NCBI GenBank assembly: GCA_005881595.1
Contig: VBBY01000034.1
Coordinates: forward strand, 1,308 to 65,307
DNA length: 64,000 nucleotides
Direction of reading: 5' to 3'
From: Betaproteobacteria bacterium
GTDB lineage: Bacteria > Pseudomonadota > Gammaproteobacteria > Burkholderiales > SG8-39
Below, piece after piece: positions 19,138 to 27,327 of the stretch (positions are counted from its first letter, which is position 1; every line of letters begins with the position of its first letter). The notes below the pieces were generated by a model. The model had not been told where the DNA came from. It did not search any database and worked only from the letters and a program-made list of their open reading frames with translations. Position numbers and translations under genes: made by a program.

Positions 19138-20244
19138 ATGAAGCTGCAAAGAAAGCTGCTAGCGGCTGCGGTTGCTTCAGCCTGCGCGCTGCCGGCGGCG
19201 GCGCTGGCGCAGGTGCCGTCCTGGATCCAGATTTACGGCCGGGCCAACGTGAGCTATGAGCGCATCACGACCGAGAACAGCAGCAACACGGCGGCACTAC
19301 CAGCCGGACAACCGAACCAGAGTAACTGGGACCTGGTCGACAACAGCTCTCGTATAGGCATTCGCGGCAACAAGGACCTGGGTGGCGGCCTGACGGGGCT
19401 GTTCCAGATGGAGAGCCGGGTCAGGCTGGACGAAGGCTTCGGCCAGTTAACGAGCCGCGACAGCTACGCCGGCCTGGCAGGCGGCTTCGGCACCGTTCGC
19501 CTGGGCCGCACCATCGGCCCGGTGTACTACGCCACCTACGACTACATCAGCATGCACAACCACGACACGGGCACGTCTTCGGATGCCCTGCTTGCCCCCA
19601 CGGTGACCGGCAAACAGGGCTTCATGAACAACACGGTCTGGTACACCAGCCCGAAGATCGGCCGCGCGTTCACCGTGGACGTGGCGTATTCGCTGCTCGG
19701 CGTACAACGGGTTGTCAGCGACTCGCAGCCGCACTACCTGGGTGTTGTCGGCTCGTACGACCAGGGGCCTTTGCACGCCGCGGCGTCGTACGCCAACACG
19801 AAGAACACGGTTAATCTCGGTGGTGGTACCGCTGACGATGACAAGGCCTATACCATCGGCGGCTTGTATGACTTCAAGACGTTCGTCGTCGGCGCGTTGA
19901 TCGAGAGTGCGAAAACCAAGGTCCTCACCGGCGGCGACGCATCGCGCAATTACGTTCGCGTTTCCGGCATGATGCCCGTAGGCAAGCACGAGTTCCATGT
20001 CAACTTCGGCACGGTCAATCACGGGATCGGCAGCAGCGCGAGCAACGACGGCGCCAAGCAGTGGACGCTCGGCTACAACTACAACATCACGAAGGAAACC
20101 AAGATCTACGGCTTTTATACCAAGGTCGACAATGACAGCAACGGCACCTACGGTGCCGGCAACTTCTCTACCGTCAACCAGGTCGTCGCCGTCCCTGGCC
20201 TAGATATTTCGTCCATCGCAATAGGCGTGCGCCACAACTTCTGA
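19138..20244 (+). CDS. outer-membrane general porin (Gram-negative porin family)
   Basis: Signal peptide ending ALA-Q, alternating beta-strand pattern, and a C-terminal ...GVRHNF with terminal Phe. Lower GC than its neighbours. Confidence 0.85.
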   Translation: MKLQRKLLAAAVASACALPAAALAQVPSWIQIYGRANVSYERITTENSSNTAALPAGQPNQSNWDLVDNSSRIGIRGNKDLGGGLTGLFQMESRVRLDEGFGQLTSRDSYAGLAGGFGTVRLGRTIGPVYYATYDYISMHNHDTGTSSDALLAPTVTGKQGFMNNTVWYTSPKIGRAFTVDVAYSLLGVQRVVSDSQPHYLGVVGSYDQGPLHAAASYANTKNTVNLGGGTADDDKAYTIGGLYDFKTFVVGALIESAKTKVLTGGDASRNYVRVSGMMPVGKHEFHVNFGTVNHGIGSSASNDGAKQWTLGYNYNITKETKIYGFYTKVDNDSNGTYGAGNFSTVNQVVAVPGLDISSIAIGVRHNF

Positions 20245-20263
20245 CCGCCCGCCACGCAGGCAC

Positions 20264-20299
20264 CCGGCCGCGTCCCTTTCCGCTAGGGATCGCGGCCGG
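20264..20299. terminator. long GC-rich stem-loop 20 nt after the porin stop
   Basis: CCGGCCGCG-TCCCT-loop-AGGGA-T-CGCGGCCGG gives 14 bp of pairing. There is no clear U tract on either side. Confidence 0.45.
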
Positions 20300-20457
20300 T
20301 GAACGGCCCGCGGTCGCGGTTTCTTTCGGTTTCGTCAAGTGCGGCGCAGACCTTGCACAGGCGCTCGTTCATCCGGGGGCGATCCTTCTTCTCCGCAATT
20401 TGGCGCGGTATGATATCGGCCCCCAAAGACGCGAATACCCCAGGGAGAGGAGAACCC

Positions 20458-21675
20458 ATGAATGACATGAAGCTCGGCATTACCCTTATTGCTGCCGCCG
20501 TGGCGCTCGCCGGCTGCGGCGAGCAGAAACCCGCCGCCAAGGCCGAGGCAAAGCCCGCGGCTGCCGCACCTAGCGTGCTGGAAGTGAAGATCGGCCACGT
20601 CGGGCCGCTCACCGGCGGCATCGCCCATCTCGGCAAGGACAACGAGAACGGCGCGCGCCTCGCGGTCGAGGAGGCGAACGCGGCCAGGACCAGGATCGAC
20701 GGCAAGGAAGTGAAGTTCACGTTCCTCGCCGAGGACGACCAGGCCGATCCGAAGACCGGCACCACGGTGGCCCAGAAACTGGTGGATGCCAAGGTGGCAG
20801 GGGTCGTCGGCCACCTGAACTCGGGGACTTCGATTCCAGCTTCGCCGATCTACGCGCAGGCAGGCATCCCGGTGATTTCCGGCTCGGCCACCAATCCGAA
20901 GCTCACCGAGCAGGGCTTCAAGTCGCAGTTCCGCGTCGTCGGGCGCGACGACCAGCAGGGCCCGGCGATCGCCAGCTATCTGGCGACGACCAAGAAGCCG
21001 AAGCTGGTGGCGGTGATCGACGACGCCACCGCCTACGGCGAGGGTATCGCCAACGAGGTGGAGAAGACGCTCAAGGCGGCGAACATCAAGGTGCTGCCGC
21101 GCGAGAAAGGCACCGACAAGACCACCGACTGGAAGGCGGTGCTCACCAAGCTGCGCGGGCGCCGCCCCGACGCGGTGTTCTACGGCGGCATGGACGCGAC
21201 CGGCGGGCCGCTGCTCAAGCAGGGCCGCGAGCTCGGCATCAAGGCCGTCTTCTCCTTTGGCGACGGCGCCTGCACCGACGAGATGACCAAGCTCGCCGGG
21301 CCGGCCGCCGAGGGGCTGCTGTGCTCGCAGGCGGGCATTCCGCCGCAGGCAGCCGACAAGAGATTCCTCGAGGCCTACAAGAAGAGGTTCAACGTGGACC
21401 CGATCCTGTACGCGCCGTTCACCTATGACGCCGCGAAGCTGCTGATCGCGGCCATGCAGAAGGCCAACTCCGCCGATCCCAAGCGCTACCTGCCCGAGCT
21501 GCAGAAGATCGACTTCACCGGCGCTACCGGCAAGATCGCCTTCGACGGGAAGGGCGACCGCAAGGACGCCGAGATGACCATCTTCACCATGCAGGGCGGC
21601 AAGCTCGGCCCGATCGCCATCGTGAAGGGCGGCAAGACCATGACCTACGAGGAGTTCATCAAGGGTATGAAGTAG
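20458..21675 (+). CDS. branched-chain amino-acid ABC transporter substrate-binding lipoprotein (LivJ/LivK-like)
   Basis: Lipobox LAGC. KIGHVGPLTGGIAHLGKDNENGARLAVEE is typical of the Leu/Ile/Val-binding family. GGAGAGGAG SD precedes ATG 20458. Confidence 0.9.
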   Translation: MNDMKLGITLIAAAVALAGCGEQKPAAKAEAKPAAAAPSVLEVKIGHVGPLTGGIAHLGKDNENGARLAVEEANAARTRIDGKEVKFTFLAEDDQADPKTGTTVAQKLVDAKVAGVVGHLNSGTSIPASPIYAQAGIPVISGSATNPKLTEQGFKSQFRVVGRDDQQGPAIASYLATTKKPKLVAVIDDATAYGEGIANEVEKTLKAANIKVLPREKGTDKTTDWKAVLTKLRGRRPDAVFYGGMDATGGPLLKQGRELGIKAVFSFGDGACTDEMTKLAGPAAEGLLCSQAGIPPQAADKRFLEAYKKRFNVDPILYAPFTYDAAKLLIAAMQKANSADPKRYLPELQKIDFTGATGKIAFDGKGDRKDAEMTIFTMQGGKLGPIAIVKGGKTMTYEEFIKGMK

Positions 21676-21697
21676 CGGCTTTCAGCAAGGAAGTCGG

Positions 21698-21735
21698 GCA
21701 AACGGCACCTGTAGGGTGCCGTTTGCGTTTCTGCT
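21698..21735 (+). terminator. intra-operon hairpin/attenuator between the binding-protein gene and livH
   Basis: 12-bp perfect stem GCAAACGGCACC/GGTGCCGTTTGC with a 5-nt loop, followed by GTTTCT. Confidence 0.55.
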
Positions 21736-21750
21736 AGGCTTCCAGCCGGC

Positions 21751-22734
21751 GTGGATACCTTCCTGCAGCAGCTGGTAAACGGGCTCACTGCGGGAAGCGT
21801 TTACGCCGTGGTCGCGCTCGGCTACACCATGGTGTACGGCATCATCCAGCTGATCAACTTTGCCCATGGCGAAGTGGTCATGATTGGCGCCATGGTGGCT
21901 TTCACCGTGATCAACGCGCTCGCGCCGGGGGGGCTGCCGCCGCTCGTCGTGGTGCTTGTCGGCACCGCGTGCGCAATCCCGGTATGCATGCTGGTCGGCT
22001 ACTCGATGGAGCGGCTCGCGTACCGGCCGCTGCGCGGCGCGCCGCGCCTGGCGCCGCTCATCACCGCGATCGGCGTATCGATCCTCCTGCAGCACCTGGC
22101 GATGCTGGTGTGGAGCCGCAACGTGCTGGCGTTCCCGCAGATCATCCAGAACACGACCTATACGCTCGCCGGCGCATCGATCACGAGCGTGCAGATCGCC
22201 ATCATCGCGGTATGCATAGCCCTGATGGGCGGGCTCGCGCTGCTCGTATACCGCACGCAGCTCGGCACCGCGATGCGCGCTACTGCGCAAAACCCGCACG
22301 TCGCGGGGCTGATGGGGGTCGACGTCAACCGCGTCATCGCTGCTACCTTCGTCATCGGCGCCGCGCTCGGCGCCGTCGCCGGCGTGCTGTACGGCACCTA
22401 TTACGGCGTCGCCCAGTACACCATGGGCTCGATCCTCGGCCTGAAAGCTTTTTCCGCCGCGGTGCTCGGCGGCATCGGCAACATCCCGGGAGCCATGCTC
22501 GGCGGCGTGCTGCTCGGCCTGGTCGAAGCACTCGGCGCCGGCTACATCGGCGATCTGTCGGACCTGTGCGCCTACGGCTGGATCGCCGACTTGATGGGCG
22601 AGCAGTGCGATGGCGGGCACTTCATCCTGTTCGGCTCGAACTACCAGGACGTGTTCGCGTTTCTCGTCCTCATCGTGGTGCTGGTGTTCCGCCCCTCGGG
22701 CCTGCTCGGCGAGCGCGTCGGAGACCGCGCATGA
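21751..22734 (+). CDS. livH: branched-chain amino-acid ABC transporter permease
   Basis: FLQQLVNGLTAGSVYAVVALGYTMVYGIIQLINFAHGE is a canonical LivH N-terminus. GTG start. Confidence 0.9.
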   Translation: MDTFLQQLVNGLTAGSVYAVVALGYTMVYGIIQLINFAHGEVVMIGAMVAFTVINALAPGGLPPLVVVLVGTACAIPVCMLVGYSMERLAYRPLRGAPRLAPLITAIGVSILLQHLAMLVWSRNVLAFPQIIQNTTYTLAGASITSVQIAIIAVCIALMGGLALLVYRTQLGTAMRATAQNPHVAGLMGVDVNRVIAATFVIGAALGAVAGVLYGTYYGVAQYTMGSILGLKAFSAAVLGGIGNIPGAMLGGVLLGLVEALGAGYIGDLSDLCAYGWIADLMGEQCDGGHFILFGSNYQDVFAFLVLIVVLVFRPSGLLGERVGDRA

Positions 22735-23786
22735 AGTTTCCGGCAAAGGTCTGGATCGGCACCGCGCTCGTTGCAGCGACTCTGATCGCGCTGCCGTTCG
22801 CGCTAGCCTATGCGGGCACCGCGTGGGTGCGGATCGCCAATTTCGCCATCCTTTACATCCTGCTCGCGCTCGGCCTGAACATCGTCGTCGGCTTCGCCGG
22901 GCTGCTCGATCTGGGCTACATCGCCTTCTACGCGGTGGGGGCGTACGCCTACGCGCTGCTCGCCAGCCCGCATTTCGATCTTCATCTGCCCTTCTGGGTG
23001 ATCCTGCCGATCGGCGCAGCGCTCGCCGCGTTTTTCGGCCTGCTGCTCGGGGCGCCGACGCTCAAGCTGCGCGGCGACTACCTCGCCATCGTCACCCTCG
23101 GCTTCGGCGAGATCGTGCGCATTTTCCTCAACAACCTGTCGCGGCCGGTCAACATCACCAACGGCCCGCAAGGCGTCGCCGGCATCGATCCGTTCCGCAT
23201 CGACGGCTTCGATTTCGCGCAATACCAGACGCTCCTCGGACTCCAGTTCAGTGGACCGATCAAGTACTACTACCTGCTGCTTGCCGTGGTCATCGCCGTG
23301 ATCGTGATCAACCTCCGGCTGCAGAACTCGCGCATCGGCCGCGCCTGGGAAGCGATCCGCGAGGACGAGATCGCCGCCAGCGCCATGGGAATCAACACGC
23401 GCAATGTGAAGCTGCTCGCGTTCGCGATGGGCGCGAGCTTCGGCGGGCTGGCAGGCGGCATGTTTTCCGCCATGCAGGCCTTCATCTCGCCGGAGAGCTT
23501 CGTGCTGGTCGAGTCGATCATGGTGGTCTCGATGGTCGTGCTGGGCGGCATGGGCAACGTCTGGGGCGTGATCCTCGGGGCACTGCTGCTGTCGTTCGTG
23601 CCCGAGATCCTGCGCTGGACCGTGGAGCCGCTGCAGGACGCACTGTTCGGGCGCCAGCTGATCGATCCCGAGGTGATCCGCATGCTGATTTTCGGCCTGG
23701 CGCTGGTGCTGGTGATGCTGTTCCGCCCGGCGGGTCTGCTGCCCTCGGCGGTCAGGAAGCGCGAACTCATGGGGCAGGCCGCGTGA
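22731..23786 (+). CDS. livM: branched-chain amino-acid ABC transporter permease
   Basis: LGLNIVVGFAGLLDLGYIAFYAVGAY LivM motif. ATG 22731 overlaps the livH stop. Confidence 0.9.
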   Translation: MKFPAKVWIGTALVAATLIALPFALAYAGTAWVRIANFAILYILLALGLNIVVGFAGLLDLGYIAFYAVGAYAYALLASPHFDLHLPFWVILPIGAALAAFFGLLLGAPTLKLRGDYLAIVTLGFGEIVRIFLNNLSRPVNITNGPQGVAGIDPFRIDGFDFAQYQTLLGLQFSGPIKYYYLLLAVVIAVIVINLRLQNSRIGRAWEAIREDEIAASAMGINTRNVKLLAFAMGASFGGLAGGMFSAMQAFISPESFVLVESIMVVSMVVLGGMGNVWGVILGALLLSFVPEILRWTVEPLQDALFGRQLIDPEVIRMLIFGLALVLVMLFRPAGLLPSAVRKRELMGQAA

Positions 23787-24550
23787 CGCTTCTGCAGGCC
23801 GACCGCGTCACCAAGCGCTTCGGCGGCTTGCAGGCGCTTTCCGAGGTCTCGTTTTCCATCCGCGGCGGCGAAATTTTCGGGTTGATCGGTCCGAACGGCG
23901 CCGGCAAGACCACGCTCTTCAACGTGCTGACGGGGCTTTACGCGCCAGACGCCGGCGCGTTCCTGTTCGACGGGCGCGACCTGACCGGCCTGAAGCCTCA
24001 CCAGGTAGCCGCCGCAGGCATTGCGCGCACGTTCCAGAACATCCGCCTGTTCGCCAACCTGTCGGCGCTCGAGAACGTGATGATCGGCCGTCACCTGCGC
24101 AGCCATGCCGGCGTCGTCGGCGCAGTGCTCAGAGACAGAAAGACGGTACAAGAAGAAGAACAGATCGAAACGCGCGCGGCCGAGCTGCTCGACTATGTCG
24201 GGATCCGCGGCCGCGCCAACGACCCCGCGGGCAGCCTGCCGTACGGCGACCAGCGACGCCTCGAGATCGCGCGCGCTCTCGCCACCGAGCCGAAGCTGCT
24301 TGCGCTCGACGAGCCGGCCGCCGGCATGAACGCAGCGGAATCGCTTGCCTTGCGCAAGCTCATTCAGGCAGTCCGAAGTAACGGCGTCACCGTGCTGCTC
24401 ATCGAGCATGACGTGCGCCTGGTGATGAAGGTCTGCGACCGCGTGCTGGTGCTGGATTACGGAGAAAAGATCGCTGAGGGCCCGCCTGCGCAGGTGCAGC
24501 GCGACCCCAAGGTCATCGAAGCCTATCTGGGGACGCAGAGTGCTGCTTGA
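23783..24550 (+). CDS. livG: branched-chain amino-acid ABC transporter ATP-binding protein
   Basis: Walker A GPNGAGKTT, LSYGDQRRLEIARAL-type signature, Walker B LLALDEP. GTG 23783 overlaps the livM stop (GTGA). Confidence 0.9.
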   Translation: MTLLQADRVTKRFGGLQALSEVSFSIRGGEIFGLIGPNGAGKTTLFNVLTGLYAPDAGAFLFDGRDLTGLKPHQVAAAGIARTFQNIRLFANLSALENVMIGRHLRSHAGVVGAVLRDRKTVQEEEQIETRAAELLDYVGIRGRANDPAGSLPYGDQRRLEIARALATEPKLLALDEPAAGMNAAESLALRKLIQAVRSNGVTVLLIEHDVRLVMKVCDRVLVLDYGEKIAEGPPAQVQRDPKVIEAYLGTQSAA

Positions 24551-25241
24551 GGCGAGGGGGCTGGAGGTCCATTACGGCGGCATTCGGGCTGTCAAGGGAA
24601 TCGATTTGGCGGTGGACGAGGGGGAGCTGGTGTGCCTGATCGGCGCCAACGGCGCCGGCAAGACCTCGACCCTGAAAGCGATCTGCCGGCTGATCCCGTC
24701 GCGCGCCGGCATGCTGCGCTATCGCGGGGAAGACATCGCGACCTCGCCGGTGCACGCGCTGCCGCGCAAGGGGCTGGTCATGGTGCCAGAGGGCCGCGGC
24801 ATCTTCCGCCAGCTCACCGTGGAAGAGAACCTCGCTATCGGCGCCTACGCGCTCGGCGGCGGCGACCCGGAGCCCCAGTATGCGAGCTTTCCGCGGCTGA
24901 GGGAGCGCCGCAAGCAGGTCGCCGGCACGCTTTCAGGCGGCGAGCAGCAGATGCTCGCCATTGCGCGCGCGCTGATGACGCGGCCGAAGCTGCTCCTGCT
25001 GGACGAGCCGTCGATGGGCCTCGCGCCACTCATGGTGGCGAAGATCTTCGAGATCGTGCGCGAGATCGCGCGCCAGGGCGTGACGATCCTGCTGGTGGAG
25101 CAGAACGCGCGGCTCGCGCTGGAGCTCGCTCGCCGCGGCTACGTCATGGAGTCGGGTGCGATTACGCTCACCGGCACGGCCGGCGACTTGCTGCATGACT
25201 CCAAGGTGCGCGAGGCCTACTTGGGCGAAGGCGTCGCGTGA
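24540..25241 (+). CDS. livF: branched-chain amino-acid ABC transporter ATP-binding protein
   Basis: Walker A GANGAGKTS, LSGGEQQMLAIARAL, LLLLDEPS. GTG start overlapping the livG end. Confidence 0.9.
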   Translation: MLLEARGLEVHYGGIRAVKGIDLAVDEGELVCLIGANGAGKTSTLKAICRLIPSRAGMLRYRGEDIATSPVHALPRKGLVMVPEGRGIFRQLTVEENLAIGAYALGGGDPEPQYASFPRLRERRKQVAGTLSGGEQQMLAIARALMTRPKLLLLDEPSMGLAPLMVAKIFEIVREIARQGVTILLVEQNARLALELARRGYVMESGAITLTGTAGDLLHDSKVREAYLGEGVA

Positions 25242-25256
25242 CGCTGCGCACCTGAT

Positions 25257-25301
25257 TTCTCGCGTTGTCCTGTTTTTGTCGCGTTGTCTGATCTTGTCGC
25301 G
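25257..25301. repeat. phased array of five TT(G/C)TC pentamers, including the 10-mer TCGCGTTGTC twice and the 8-mer TTGTCGCG twice
   Basis: TCGCGTTGTC occurs at 25260-25269 and 25279-25288. TTGTCGCG occurs at 25276-25283 and 25294-25301. Pentamer starts are at 25257, 25265, 25276, 25284 and 25294. Confidence 0.6.
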
Positions 25302-25490
25302 CGCTCACGACAGCGCGATCGTTCGCGCCGGAGAAATCCTTCCTTGTCGTATTTTTTTTCTGACGCCGATAATCGAAGCAACGTCGGGAAAGAAAACGAC
25401 GCGTAGCCAGTAACACGTTTTCTCCACCCAGGGCACTGGGATTTCCATCAGCGCCCACGGTGCTGCCAGTCTGGGGGAAGGGAGAATCCT

Positions 25491-26825
25491 GTGAAAACCA
25501 GGTTTGCGCTACCGTTGGTGCTGGCCGCCGCAGCTGCTGTTTCCTTTCTGCTCCAAGTAGAAACCGCGTCGTCGCTCGATCCGGTGGCCAGCGATCCCGG
25601 AGTGCGCTTCGGCACCCCGGACGCCGGTGATCCGATCGCGGGGCTCACCGCGGCCGAGCTCGGGTTCTTCGAGCGGGGCAAAACGGAGTTCGAAGAAGCC
25701 GATGGCACCGACGAGGGCCTCGGGCCGACGATGAACCTCGACAGTTGCGCCGGCTGCCATGCGCAGCCGGCAAGCGGCGGCACGAGTCCGTTCACCAATC
25801 CCCAGGTCGCGTTCGCCAACGCGAACGGCGCGACCAACCGCATTCCAGCATTCATCCAGGCGGACGGGCCGGTGCGCGAGGCGAGGTTCGTCAGGAACCC
25901 GGACGGAACGCGCGACGGCGGAGTCCACGCCCTGTTCACGGTTGCCGGCCGCGCGGATGCGCCGGGATGCGCGCTGGAGCAGCCCGACTTCGACGCGCAG
26001 CTCGCGCTCGGCAACGTGATCTTCCGGATTCCGACTCCGGTGTTTGGCGCTGGCCTGATCGAGCAGATCCCGGACAGGGTGATTCTCGCGAACCAGGCGA
26101 GCAACGCAATACTGAAGGGCGCGCTCGGCATCTCCGGGCGGACGAACCGCAACGGCAACGACGGCACGATCGCGCGCTTCGGGTGGAAGGCGCAGAACAA
26201 GTCCCTACTGGTGTTCTCCGGCGAGGCGTACAACGTCGAGATGGGAATCACCAACGAGCTGTTCCAGACCGAGCGCGACGAGACTGCAGCGTGCCAGTTC
26301 ACGCGGGTCCCCAATAACGTAACCAACGTCGATGCCGCGACGCCGCTGGAGGCGATCAGCGCGATCGAGAGGTTCGCCTTCTACCAGCGCTTCCTCGCTG
26401 CGCCGACACCTTCCCCCGACACGCCGGGAGGCGCCACCTCCATTGCGAGCGGCAGGAGCCTGTTCGTGTACGTCGGTTGCGCGCTATGCCACACCCCCGC
26501 GCTCCATACCGGCCGCTCCAGCGTCGCGGCGCTCCGGCATCAGCAGGCCAACTTGTTCTCTGACCTGCTGCTGCACGACATGGGCGTGGGGCTGGCCGAC
26601 GGCATCTCGCAGGGACAGGCCGGCCCGAGGGAATTCCGCACCGCACCGCTGTGGGGACTGGGGAAGCGCACTTTCTTCCTGCATGATGGGCGGACTTCCG
26701 ATCTCGCGGTAGCGATCCAGGCGCACCGCAGCTTTGGCTCCGAAGCGAATGCGGTGGTGAGAAACTACAGCTACCTCTGGGAGAGCCAGAAGCAGGATAT
26801 GTACAACTTCCTGCGCTCGCTGTAG
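25491..26825 (+). CDS. DUF1111-type di-haem oxidoreductase family protein (periplasmic)
   Basis: Signal peptide and two CxxCH motifs (CAGCH, CALCH) spaced and flanked as in the di-haem DUF1111 family. GTG start after a GGGAGAA SD. Confidence 0.8.
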   Translation: MKTRFALPLVLAAAAAVSFLLQVETASSLDPVASDPGVRFGTPDAGDPIAGLTAAELGFFERGKTEFEEADGTDEGLGPTMNLDSCAGCHAQPASGGTSPFTNPQVAFANANGATNRIPAFIQADGPVREARFVRNPDGTRDGGVHALFTVAGRADAPGCALEQPDFDAQLALGNVIFRIPTPVFGAGLIEQIPDRVILANQASNAILKGALGISGRTNRNGNDGTIARFGWKAQNKSLLVFSGEAYNVEMGITNELFQTERDETAACQFTRVPNNVTNVDAATPLEAISAIERFAFYQRFLAAPTPSPDTPGGATSIASGRSLFVYVGCALCHTPALHTGRSSVAALRHQQANLFSDLLLHDMGVGLADGISQGQAGPREFRTAPLWGLGKRTFFLHDGRTSDLAVAIQAHRSFGSEANAVVRNYSYLWESQKQDMYNFLRSL

Positions 26826-27015
26826 CGCGCACTATCCCGTCGACCATGACCGGGACGCCGCAGGCATAGACGGGCGCCGCCCTTCCTCGACCTCGAACTG
26901 GTGACCGCTCGGCTGCAGCGTGACCCGGCGTGTGCTCAATGCATCCTCGCTAAAATAGATCCATGAAGCGCCTGATGATCGCGGGCTTTTATTCTTTCAC
27001 CTGTGAGGTACGAGC

Positions 27016-27327
27016 ATGCTCTTGGTGTTGACTAACCTGCCCGAGCGGGCCGCCGCCGAGCGGCTCGCCGACCTGCTGGTCGAAAAGCGGCTCGCCGCCT
27101 GCGTCAACATCCTCGCGCCGTGCCGCTCGGTATATCGCTGGCAGGGCGCGGTGCGGCACGACGAGGAGCATCCGCTGCTCATCAAGACGACGGCCGAGCG
27201 CTATCCGGCGCTCGAGCAGGCGCTGCGCGCCGGGCATCCGTATGAACTCCCGGAGATCATCGCGGTCCCAATCGAACGCGGCCTGCCTGCATATCTGCAG
27301 TGGGTGGCTGCGGAAACCAAGACGTGA
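27016..27327 (+). CDS. cutA: divalent-cation tolerance protein CutA
   Basis: 103 aa. LAACVNILAPCRSVYRWQG ... YELPEIIAVPI is the CutA1 signature. Confidence 0.9.
   Translation: MLLVLTNLPERAAAERLADLLVEKRLAACVNILAPCRSVYRWQGAVRHDEEHPLLIKTTAERYPALEQALRAGHPYELPEIIAVPIERGLPAYLQWVAAETKT

Noticed and set aside
25352-25359. A T8 run as an intrinsic terminator for the liv operon.
   Set aside because: I could find only short (5-6 bp), imperfect stems immediately upstream, so no convincing hairpin precedes the T run.
25368-25373. Fur-box-like GATAAT upstream of the DUF1111 di-haem gene.
   Set aside because: Only one hexamer matches. The rest of the 19-bp Fur consensus is absent.
26963-27031. A 22-codon Cys-containing upstream ORF (MKRLMIAGFYSFTCEVRACSWC) overlapping the cutA start.
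   Set aside because: By my count only about 57% of its codons end in G/C, well below real genes here. There is no SD, and the ORF is very short and could easily arise by chance.
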